A stretch of 64,000 nt of DNA from Macrostomum lignano. Its lineage: Eukaryota. Positions 31,297 to 46,187 of the stretch are shown here, piece after piece (positions within the stretch are counted from its first letter, which is position 1; every line of letters begins with the position of its first letter). The notes beneath the pieces were generated by a model. The model saw nothing but the letters and a program-made list of their open reading frames with translations. It did not search any database and was not told the origin of the DNA. Location: assembly GCA_002269645.1 (NCBI GenBank), contig NIVC01003456.1, forward strand, positions 32,801 to 96,800, written 5' to 3'. The translations under genes and the position numbers were made by a program.

Positions 31297-32341
31297 ATAC
31301 CCATATACATACCTAGATAACTCATTTTTAATATATAGGAATTTTAATAAGTCCAAACTAAGCTAACTATGCATTTGACTTTGAAATGCATATATTTTAA
31401 AGGAACTAACAAGACTAACAATAGCCACTTTTTGAACCATAGGCCACTTTGGTCTGCTTACCAAGTGAAATTAATAAATAAAAATTTTTGTTAATTTTAG
31501 ATGATAAAAACTTGTTTAAGAATGATTATTAATACTGGAACTATTATCTAGCTACAAAATTATTATTCTTTGCTATTGTTTGAGATTAAGATAGTTATAA
31601 TTAATAAATTAATAAATAAAAAGTTTAAAGTCAAAAGTAGTATAAGTAAAAGTATTTATTAATCAATATTAATTTGTCCTTAATAAGCTGGCTTATACTT
31701 TAACATCTATTAAACAAGGTCTTATTAGGCTATTTGCTAGTGTTCCACTATAAAGGGGGTTTATATATAGTAGCCATAGCTATAAGCAAAACTATGGCTT
31801 TTTCCAATTCTCTATATTATGTAGCCATATGGACCCCAATATTACTATATTCCCATAGTTCTCATAGCCACAGTTTTAACAAAAAGTCTAGGATATAAAG
31901 TAGTTTGAATTAGGAATTAGGTTTAACTTAATATTTAAACAATTATAAACAAAGATAAAAGCTAAGTTTTTGAATCTATGATGCTGTTTATAAAGTTAAT
32001 AAGTTAATAAAGTTTATCATTTACACTATAGTAGAGTTTGCAAAATCAATCAAGTATTAGTGCTGTCATTAGTTCTCCTAAGCCACAAGTTGAATTTATA
32101 TTTATATTAATATAGTGAACAAGGTAGCTGAAATATCTGTGGTAAATTATTGGTTAGGATTGTCTATTGGGAAGAGCATTATGACTAACTGAAAAGTATA
32201 AGGCTGTATTGCTAAACATAAAATATGATTGCTTATTTAATAGTTAAAAGTTGTAATATTCTAAGCTGGGAATATGTTGTCTATGCATGGTAATTTTGAT
32301 AAAAACTGGAATATTATATCATATAATCTCCTTAAAATCAG

Positions 32342-33121
32342 GGGCCAATTTTATGAAGCACTGGTTAATAACTAGTAATAAAAAACCAAAAATAGCACCA
32401 GTGCTGATAATTTTGATTTTATGAAGCATAGATAAAATCAGTCTAGATGCTAATAGTTAATCAACTAGTATGTAAATATTATAAATGTAAATTTTATTAT
32501 ATAAGCCTATATTTGGAAGTTGGCCCATAGACACTAGAAGAAACTGTGTTAATCTTTCTATCTCCTTATGTAGTCTATCTTCTAAAAGACCAACATAAGG
32601 CTCAAGCCTTTCCTTAAGCATGAATCCTTGAATGAATCAGTTTGGACCCCCCTCTCCACTCCCTCTCTCTGGCTCTCTATCTTATCCACACTGTGTACAT
32701 TGACTAGAGCATAGATGCAATCTGTGGCTCCAACTATTGAAACCTCAAAGTGCATTCTAAGCACTGAACAAAGTAGCCATCGTTGTCCATGAATGCTCTC
32801 TCAATATAAACAAGACCGGCGTCATTTGTCATTGACTTCCCACAATTGGAGCAGATCTATGCTTGAAATGTTAGCCTGTTATTAGTATAGTTGGCTTTTA
32901 TCCTGCTTTGAAGGTGGATAAAATTTTCTTGATTTTATCTACAATTTTTTACCAGTGGTAGACTGATAAGAGCTTTGTAAAATTGGATTCAGCACCTCTG
33001 CCACACAAAATTTATATGGTTGATAGGTGGTAAAAAATCAGTGCTTTGTAAAATAGAGATAGAAAAATACCATTGGTTTGCTAGTAATTTACCAGTGGTA
33101 AGTGCTTCATAAAATTGGTCC
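32342..33121. mobile_element. PIF/Harbinger-type MITE
   Basis: 21-bp TIR GGGCCAATTTTATGAAGCACT (1 mismatch) and a 3-bp CAG TSD (32339-41, 33122-24), consistent with CWG-targeting Harbingers. Confidence 0.8.
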
Positions 33122-34334
33122 CAGAGCAATCAAATTTCATATATAATTATGCCATTTAATTTATCATAGTCTATGGTTAGAATATCCTCAGTTGCAATCA
33201 ATGGTCCTCAGCTCACTTTGCTCGCCCAAGGAATTCTAAATCTAGCAACTGGAATGACAACTGAAATAGCAGTGAAGACTTTTTTTATACAAGATGAGGC
33301 TTACTGCAATTGCCACAGACATAGGATTTGTTTTCCGTATCAACTTAGATTGCCACTAAGAAGAATCAGCTTCATTCACCTTATTTTGTCTTTGTCTTAA
33401 GAGTGACTTTCCTAAAGCCAAGTCTCTGCATCCTCTGCATGATTTAGAATTCCTTGGCTTACCTTGTGACCATTAAATGGAGCCTCAAACATTGTATCAT
33501 TTTGGAGGGGTTTTTAGGGGTCTACCAATGAAGCTAAATTGCTGCACATTTTAAATGTCTATGGCCAAACCACACTGAGAAAACACTTCAGAAAAAATCC
33601 AAGCAAGCCAGAATCTCAACTCAGTCAATAGGCCTGCGAAAAAAAGATAGCAAGCACGTAGTACACCTTCTGTTGAAGAATGGGTAATTTTGGTCCAAGT
33701 CAAAGTCCTTCAGTCAAAGTAGCAGCGTTACTTTTCCAAATCCTGTCTCCAAAGCACAGATGGTTTCACGGAGCCACCTGACTTGATGAACATTGGCGGT
33801 GGTGGCTTTGAATTGAAGATTGGCCTTTCCGAAATGTTGATCCTCAATGATATTGATTCCACAGACACGAAGTAGATAGCAGAATAGACCAGCTTGCAGG
33901 TGCAGGTGCATAAAATCTGCCATTAATCTTGCGTAAGCGTAGAAGAGTGTAGAAGATGCTCAATCCAGTGACTAGATGTTGAATATCGGCTGTCGCTGGA
34001 TTGCAGAAGTAGCTCTTACTCGACAGAACCTCGCTAAACTTACAAAGCAGCAATTTTCTTGCACTAGAACAGACTGGCATATTGCCCAATTGCATAGTAT
34101 TTATTTTATTGATCTCAGTGGAGGAGCTTCAACTTCATCGGCATCCAATTGAATGATATCGTCAAGCATGCTGGGAACTAACTGGGAACTCAAAGCTCCA
34201 ACAACGTCACCTTGCAACATGTTCAATAGTCCAATACGAGTGCCGGTTGTTGAATCCAACATGAAAACCATATGCTTTTGGTCGCAGTCGCGCATTGAGC
34301 TTTAGCTAGCTATGAACCTTCTGCTACGAGTATA

Positions 34335-34917
34335 CTGTCCGTCAAAAGTTCCGGAACCCTTGCTACGATGTCTTCTAGTGGACATAATTTCAGTCCGTTT
34401 CAATTGTAACTTGATTCAAATTAAAGCTGCGGATCTCAGCTCCATGATGTGGTCAAGAAAAGTTTATTCGAAGGAGCGCGTGTGAACAGGCCAGTGTTAT
34501 GTACATAAAGGTTAGAGAAAAAAAGTGAGGAAAAGACAGACAAGCAATTGACTCTCCCATGAAAGCTGACTGCACAAGAATCCATAAGAGCCTGTTGATT
34601 TCAACACAAGTTTTGGCCATATACTAATGTTAGCCAGGCTGAACACTGCGCGCAAACCGATTCCTTCCCATGTGTGTTTGCTCCATAGACTCAGCAACCA
34701 TAGACAATTGCTTGTTTGTCTTTTCCTCACTTTTTCTCTAACCTTTATGTACATAACACTGGCCTGTTCACACGCGCTCCTTCGAATAAACTTTTCTTGA
34801 CCACATCATGGAGCTGAGATCCGCAGCTTTAATTTGAATCAAGTTACAATTGAAACGGACTGAAATTATGTCCGCTAAAAGACATCGTAGCAAGGGTTCC
34901 GGAACTTTGACGGACAG
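34335..34917. mobile_element. Tc1/mariner-type MITE with ~215-bp TIRs
   Basis: TA|CTGTCCGTCAAAAG...CTTTGACGGACAG|TA; near-perfect arms 34335-34550 and 34705-34917; ends ~280 bp upstream of the AMPK ATG. Confidence 0.9.
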
Positions 34918-35093
34918 TATATTTGACTTACAACTTCATGTCTACACTTTCTATTTTGGACCATAGATATTTTGAGCGTGCAGCATTAGCTCTCAGCATA
35001 GCTATATAATTGCTACTCTATGCTTTTCAATTGCTTAAATTTAGATACTTTAGATTAGATTCAGGACTCAGGTTCCAAAAAACAACTAGTTAA

Positions 35094-38810
<3,717 letters not shown>

Positions 38811-39664
38811 GTCGTCAGAGACGTCAGAGGATGCAAGCAGCGACGATATCAGGGGAATCAGGAGTTCAGCTGCTAAATGAATTGTATGCATGATTTCTAG
38901 TTCAGTTTCTGCTCTTGTTTTGCGATTTTGATCCCTCATTGCTGGTGCAATGCCCGCAGAAGTTAAACCTTGCTGGTCTGCGCTAATCCCAGGGCTGACG
39001 TTCAGTGTGCCATTTTTATTCATCAGTCAGTCATTCTGCTTCTTGCCCTGCGCACCTTCGGCGAGCACTTGGTTATCGAGCCGTGCCGGAGACACTTGAG
39101 ATTCTGTAAGCCAAATTGGCTCTGCTATTCATTGCTTTACCATTACGCTTAGCGATTATGCTAATCAGTTATTATGAGACACTGTGATTTCCGCTAATTC
39201 CCTTTTTGATTCCCCTATTTTGCTACTGTTAATCACTGACGTTATCTTGTTGCCCTGCGCAGTTGTTTTACTTGGCTTCGAACTGTTATTTTAGTGTACA
39301 TATCCTACAGGTAGATTGTAGCTTCGTTAGTGATCGCAGTTTACGACTAGTCTGCGTCTCAACTATTTTTAGCTTTGTTCTTTGTACGCCCACCAGAAAG
39401 GTTTTATATCTGCACTTTTATATCTTATATCTTCACAGAACAGTTCGTTGTGCACAAATATTCTATTCCAGCTAAGTATTTCCCTTTGATTATTTTATCA
39501 TTGCAAAGGTTTAAAAAAATAGACAGAATAGCGGAGTGCCATTCCGGCAACTCCTTCAGTTCAATAGCTGATTTGAGTCCTCTTCAGTCTTGCTTTATTT
39601 TCACTTAGTTTCATTTGGGCTTCGCAGGCGGTTCAGCTTAACTGCGGTGCAGAGGCAGGCATAC

Positions 39665-42600
39665 TCAGTCGAACTCGGCGCCCAGCGCGATGCTCACTTC
39701 GCCAGACTCAACTTCTGTCTCGTGAATCCACTTTGACGTCTTTAAAGCAACTGAAAACATTGGTGGGAAAATTTAGCCATGAACCTGGAAAACTGTAGCA
39801 GCCAACTAAATGTTGTAGCGACTCACTCATGTCCCCGGGTCTCAGCAAGACTTGATACACGTGCTGGCAGGTATAGTAGCAATTCAGAGGCGGCCTCAGG
39901 CGCCACCGCTTGCTGCCCTGAATCTGCGCCTGCCACGTGTTGTAGTACACTGCGTCGATCTGCGTGGGGTTCAGGTTTTTTACGTTATTTTTTGTACTTG
40001 GTTCGGTTTCTGGACTAGTTGGTTCAGGTTCGGTTTCTGGACTAGTTGGTTCAGGTTCGGTTTCTGGACTAGTTGGTTCAGGTTCGGTTACGGGACTAGC
40101 ATAGTTGCCACCCCTGCTCAAATTTTGAGCAATTGCTCAAAAAAATTTAAGCTGCTCAAATGCTCAATTTTATTTGGTTCTGCTCAAAAAAGTAATTATT
40201 TTTTTGCTTGTCTATTTTTTACTTCTATTGCTAAAAAGTCATTCTAAATAAAGTAAGAAAGGTCAAAATGATTCTTGTTCCTTCTTTTTGGGTCATTAGT
40301 TTTGTAATTTTCTCTATAAACTTATACGTATAAGTCTATGTATAAGTATATTATATGTATAAGTAGTGAAAGTACTAAAGTGGGAATCTAGGGAAGTAGT
40401 AGTTTAGGTACTACGCTCGTATAAAATTCAAGTCACATTTCAGCCACATTCTAATGCCCACTGATCGAAAAACGAAGTGGAATGCTACCTGGTTATCTGA
40501 ACATGACCATTCTGGGGTCAAAATATCACGATGGTGCCAGAAAGACGACGACAATGACGATGAAGCCACATGTAGATTGTGCAACCGTGGAGTAAATTTT
40601 CGTCAACATGGCATTGCTGCTTTGCGACAACATGCTGATGGTGCAAAGCACAAGGCTCTTTCTCGGGCTATGGTTGCTGCTTACAGTCAGCAAAAAATCA
40701 ATGCTTTTTTCCCAATCACTCCATCTGAGAACCAACAACTAAAAAAAGTGGAGGCAGAGGCATCTTTGCCCCAACAGACCATGGCGGCGAGCCTACGATT
40801 CGGACTGCTTGTTGTTCGGAAAGACCTATCATTCAAAACTATGGACGAAATTTCTGAAACACTGCCTGTTGCTATTCCTGATAGCAGTGTTGCTCAGAAC
40901 TTTTCATGTGGAAGAACCAAGACAACGTACCTGGTCACTGATGCACTTGCCCCACATGCTAAGGAGGAAATGTTTAAGAGCCTTCGTGACTCTCCCTTTT
41001 CAATTCTGCTTGATGAGGACACGAAACGTGACCGCTGCTGGCTGGTTTTACTGGCCCGCACTTTCTGCATTGAAAGGCAGAAGGTAATTCTTGTCTACAT
41101 TGGTTCAGAGGAGCTTAAAAATTCATCGGCGTCAAATATGAAGGACACAGTTTTGTCGTTGCTATCCCAAGCCAAATTGCCTGCAAGGAATGTTATTTCC
41201 GTGATGACAGATTCCTGCAATGCAATGAGAGGTATGCGAGATAGCTTGATGAGTAATCCTTGTTGACAAAGATCCTGTCCCTAAAATAATTCACCTTTCA
41301 CATTTCAGGCATCCACAATGGACTTCTCACCAAGCTGAAAGATGCTATGCCGCAGCTTATTGATGTTGGAGGCTGCAGTCTCCATCATGTACATAATAGT
41401 GTTCAATATGCAACTAAGGCATTTGACAGCACTGGCGAGGCTGAAGGACTGATGGATGATGTCTATAACTATTTCCGATTTGTGAAAAGGCGCGGAGCAT
41501 TCCATGAGGTATGAATTTAAACTTTGCTTAATCTTGAATGTGCTTTTCTTCCCTGACAAAAATTAAAATTTTTAGATTCAGGATGCACTGGACCTGGCTG
41601 AACACGTGTTCATCCGCCGAGTCGAAACTCGCTGGCTCCAGATTCTAAACGTCATTCGACGGATTCTAGAGCAATGGGAGGCCCTGAAGCTGCACTTTGA
41701 GAAAGCTAGTGCCTCAGAACTGGACAACATTCGGGCACGACGAATCAAGCTGGCCCTTACTGATGAGATGCTAGCCAAGCTCCAGTTCTTAAGCCAAGTG
41801 CTGCCAAGATGCGAAGCATTCGAGAAAATTTTTCAGCGGGAGAGCACTCAGGTTCACCACTTGGCTTCTTCGCTGGAAAAGCTTTTTAGTGACATTCTTC
41901 TTTGCTTCATGCGGAGTGAAGTTGTTGAAAACAGCCGCTCTCTTTCAGACCTGGTTGACAGGGCTACTGATCGCAACAATCAACTAATGAACAAAGATCT
42001 AATCATCGGCTCGGCCACCCGTGAGACTGTTGCACGGTTACGTCAGATGGAGCAGATTGGCTTTTTTAAGTCAGTTCGCTGCTTCTTTTCTGAAATTATT
42101 AGTCGACTGTTTGCCTACTTACCTTTCAACAACAAGGTGCTTTCTGGCCTTCAGTTTGTGGATCCTGAATACATGTTGGGATCAGACTTCAACTTTGACA
42201 ACAGCATTCTACGTGTTGGGCGTGCTATGAGCACAGTCATTTCTGCCGACTTGCTGGATGATATCCGGCTGGAAGCTACAAGGCTTCGACTGACCTGCCC
42301 AACTGAGAAAGCAAAGGAGACACCAGAGGCTTTTTGGGCACAGCTTTCTGTTGAAGATTATCCTCATCTTTCTAAACTAGGTCGTGCTGCCTGCTGCATA
42401 CCGCACGGTAATGCAGATAGTGAACGAGTTTTGAAATGGGTGGCCAACAACTTGACCAAGCAGCGCAATAGGCTAGGAGAAGTTACGCTGGACTCGATTT
42501 TGGCTGTGAAAGTTTGGATGAAATGCAACAGCACTGGCCCAGCCAAGGTCACTATTGATTCTAACCTGCTGGACACAGCTTTTCAAGCCAAAAGCAAAGC

Positions 42601-44718
42601 CGATGAGCGACGACGAGCTAAGCAAAACGAAAAGGCCATGAAGCGACTTCAGCAAGCACTGGAGGAGCAGCGACGACTGGTTACTGAAAAGGAGAAAGAG
42701 CTCCAGCAGCAGAAGCAACAAAAGCAGGCAGAGGCCCAAACAAAGATTGACGAAATGCGCAAGAAGGCTCAGGACATGCTCGCACTTGCTGATAAGGAGG
42801 AGCATGCCCTACGCAAGCGGCATGGTGACAGTGAAGAAGCAAAATCAAAGAAGAAGAAGAAATGACTATGTTTGTACATTTTATCAGCTTAAAATTTACT
42901 GAATGTTTGTAGTAACTATAACTCTAAGCTTCATGCTGTAGTCTTTATTGTCTGAGGTGCTTCTTTTTATTTTTGTCTGCGCAACTTGAAACAATTTTCC
43001 TTGTACATGTAAACCATTTTTGTTTTCGAATTTACTAAATGTCTGTCATAGTGAAAAGAAAAACTGGTTTGTGGGAAGGATGCGAGTTTTTTAAGACCTG
43101 CGCTAAAAATTAGTCCTTGCGCTACTTTTCTTCAAAAACTGGGTGGCAACTATGGGGACTAGTTGGTTCAGGTTCGGTTCCGGGACTAGTTGGTTCAGGT
43201 TCGGTTCCGGGACTAGTTGGTTCAGGTTCGGTTTCTGGACTAGTTGGTTCAGGTTCGGTTTCTGGACTAGTTGGTTCAGGTTCGGTTACGGGACTAGTTG
43301 GTTCAGGTTCGGTTTCTGAACTAGTTGGTTCAGGTTCGGTTCCGGGACTAGTTGGTTCAGGTTCGGTTCCGGGACTAGTTGGTTCAGGTTCGGTTTCTGG
43401 ACTAGTTGGTTCAGGTTCGGTTTCTGGACTAGTTGGTTCAGGTTCGGTTACGGGACTAGTTGGTTCAGGTTCGGTTTCTGAACTAGTTGGTTCAGGTTCG
43501 GTTCCGGGACTAGTTGGTTCAGGTTCGGTTTCGGGACTAGTTGGTTCAGGTTCGGTTTCTGGACTAGTTGGTTCAGGTTCGGTTTCGGGACTAGTTGGTT
43601 CGGGTTTATTTCAGGACTAGTTGGTTCAGCTTCGGTTTCGTGCTGGCTGGTTCTGGCTTGGTTTGATTTCTGTTTAAAATGCGATATCTGTTCTTTCGAA
43701 TGCATTAATAAATTTTGTCAGCTGCACAGAAATAAAAAGCCAAATATTTGAAACTTTCCAAAGTAAATATCGATCGTAATTCCTATCACGGTTGTGTACC
43801 TAAGATCAATTTTAGGCTAAGAAAGGCGTTGAAAATATAATCGCCCTAAAAGACTCCAGAATAGCAGGTCTTTGTGCTCACATGGGCTGGCGCGCCCTTG
43901 CCGGGTCCGCCGACGAAAATCCACTCAGTGGCGCCGTGTTCGCTGTCGCTGGCCAGAAATCCCGGCCTTTTGTAGAGCCGCCTCAGCCTCCGAGCAACTC
44001 GCTGGTTGCAGACATTCCTGCAAGCGCGTGTTAGTGGCTGTTTGATGCTGACAATTCTCAAGTCCTGCAGTTAATATGCGAGCACCTTGAAGTGCAAATG
44101 CAGTCGTGTCACTCACCAACCGACGTACCAGGAGTCACGGCTCAGATTTTCCGGCTCCTTGGACCAGCGGAAAAAGTGGCCAAGCGTTGGGAACTGGTTC
44201 TTGTAGTCGAACATCTGGCAGAGCACGCTGGCCCCTCCACCGCCGCCCTCTGGGTGGCCTTCGTTGGTCCACCGGCCCCGCCGGGCCTCCCGATAGAGCC
44301 GGCGCAGCAGGTCAAGGTCGAGGCGCCTGGTCACCGCCGGCCAATCCGCTGCGCCACCGCGGATGACAACAGGCACGTTCCGCTCCAGGAACTCCGACCG
44401 GAACCGGGCTGGGCTGATGGCCTCGGCGCCTGCCTGCAGCTCTGGCAGGCTGGTGAGGTTGGCGCAGTGGCCGCAGTCGGTGTCGGGCTGCAGTAGCATC
44501 TGCACCCAACCCGACTGCGCCGCCAGCAGACAGGGTGCGCTGTACGGGTCGCTGCCGGGGTTCGCCCGCCTCGCCCAGGCGGCCATGGCGGAGTCAAAAA
44601 GTTCGGCCGCCCATCCTGGCGACTCCGGCTCAGGAGGCCAGGCGTGGCGGCCGCCGAGCAACAGCAGCAGCAGCAGAGCCAGCAGACCCCCGCCTACCTT
44701 TTTGGCAGTACCTGGCAT
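39665..44718 (-). CDS. Signal-peptide-bearing JmjC/cupin-8 domain protein (JMJD8-like), ~318 aa
   Basis: join(44718-44117, 44017-43882, 39959-39827, 39750-39665), phase-consistent. Hydrophobic N-terminus LLALLLLLLLGG; PVVIRGGAADWPA; WIFVGGPGKGAPAH|IDAV...WQAQIQGSKRW...LRPGDM...WIHET gives an HxD...H triad. Confidence 0.85.
40100..43154 (+). mobile_element. Full-length hAT DNA transposon (3055 bp)
   Basis: 14-bp TIR CATAGTTGCCACCC / GGGTGGCAACTATG; perfect 8-bp TSD GGGACTAG (40092-99, 43155-62); encodes a spliced transposase. Confidence 0.95.
40454..42865 (+). CDS. hAT transposase, ~755 aa, two introns
   Basis: join(40454-41231, 41309-41508, 41576-42865) is open. N-terminal C2H2 finger (CRLC...QHADGAKH), ILLDEDT, TDSCNAMRG, CSLH (CxxH), ETRWL, HGNADSERV and a C-terminal K/E/Q coiled coil. 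Confidence 0.92.
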
Positions 44719-45377
44719 CGCATGAGTTGGCGCGGCTGCTTGCAGTCTTCCGCACAGTGTATTATTTATACCTTGAGTTCAGGTCGACCAGGCTGCATCA
44801 CGCAACAGGCCAGTTTCCTGGAGCCGTCAATCAGGTCTACCAGAAATCAGCGAATTTCCGCCGGTTGTGGCTTTCTGAAAGCCCACAGGCTGGGACTCGC
44901 CATGCTGGCATTTCCTAGCGTGCATGAACGGATAAGAAATGGCCTCATTATTTGACTCTATTTTGCTCCCCTGACGAATCGATGCCTTCAAATTGGCAAA
45001 GCTCGTGCTGTACAGATAAGATTTGGCTTTAGCTTAATGATAAATGGACAAGGTGTTAGTATGCTCATAAAGTGGTTTGAAGTGTAAAGGTTGTGTTGAT
45101 ATCGCTTGTGCATCTGTACTCATATACTCATACTCATAATCGCCTATTGCACCTGCCCCTTCACGCCAGTGCCTTTCTCGCCTCTACGAGCTATTCTGAT
45201 GTGTTTAATTGTACATTGCAAGTAAGTCATTCACCCTTAGCACCCCGCTAAAGCCTTGCGTCAAGCCCACTTTCTATTAAATTGAAAATCAAAAACCTGG
45301 CACACAAAGTACTTCCCCTTCTCTCCAGTTATGAAAAATAAATGCAGGTTTGGCTAAGCAGCAATCGGTCATGAGCC

Positions 45378-45640
45378 TCCACTACAAAATCTCTGACGAG
45401 TCACAACAGTTCTCGAAATTTTCGCATGCCCAAGGCCATATGATCATATTAGCTACCGTTACCGTACATGAAATCTCAGACGAGTCACAACAGTTCTCGA
45501 AATTTTCGCATGCCCAAGCCCATATGATCATATTAGCTACCGTTACCGTGCATGAAATCTCAGACGAGTCACAACAGTTCTCGAAATTTTCGCATGCCCA
45601 TATGATCATATTAGCTACCGTTACCGTACATGAAATCTCT
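45378..45640. repeat. 84-bp tandem repeat (~3 copies) between the divergent JmjC and polycystin genes
   Basis: Unit GAAATCTCAGACGAGTCACAACAGTTCTCGAAATTTTCGCATGCCC...ACCGTACAT; the third copy is slightly shorter. Confidence 0.9.
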
Positions 45641-46187
45641 TCACGCGTCGGCCAAACAACTGCATGCAGTGCTCTGTGATGAAGTTAAAAGAATTTAGTT
45701 TTTGCAGGCGAGTGCAAAACGAAGTTTGAGTGCAGCATGGAGGAGCTCTGAGCACTTTCACGCCCAATTTCAGACAAAATCCTTAGCAAGATTTTATCTG
45801 TCTTGTAAATAATTAATTTTCTCAAACCGCCTCGCCCGACATGAGCACTGCTAGTTGCCAAAGCAGTTGCTCAAAAACAAAGGAGCTGCACTTCCTTCGT
45901 AGCAATGGGTTGCCATGGTGTTGCTGAGCTTCGTGCGAGCCGCCAGGCCGTTGCCAACGCAAAGCGCAGCGAGCAATGCCGTACCCATTATTCATGAAGC
46001 TGGGACAGCTCAATTTGTCGTTTGAATCATTGATGAGGCGCCCAGTGTCACCTCAGAACCATTTAATACGGCGGAACGACCCCGCATCTCTCACGCTCAA
46101 AGTTTCTTAAAGTCTTCGCCAGCAGGCTCTGATTTGTGAGATTCATTTCACAAGCACCAGCGTCAAGGACCTCAGTGAGCTGCAGTG

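Larger units (their letters stand above)
40001..43640. repeat. 27-bp minisatellite CTAGTTGGTTCAGGTTCGGTTTCTGGA split by a hAT insertion
   Basis: About 3.5 units at 40001-40099 and about 18 units at 43155-43640. Confidence 0.93.

Noticed and set aside
33170-34300. Several 60-80 aa ORFs upstream of AMPK
   Set aside because: No recognisable family or consistent splice pattern.
43117-43620. 167-aa GLVGSGSV repeat ORF (antisense EPEPTSPET)
   Set aside because: Translation of the 27-bp intronic minisatellite.
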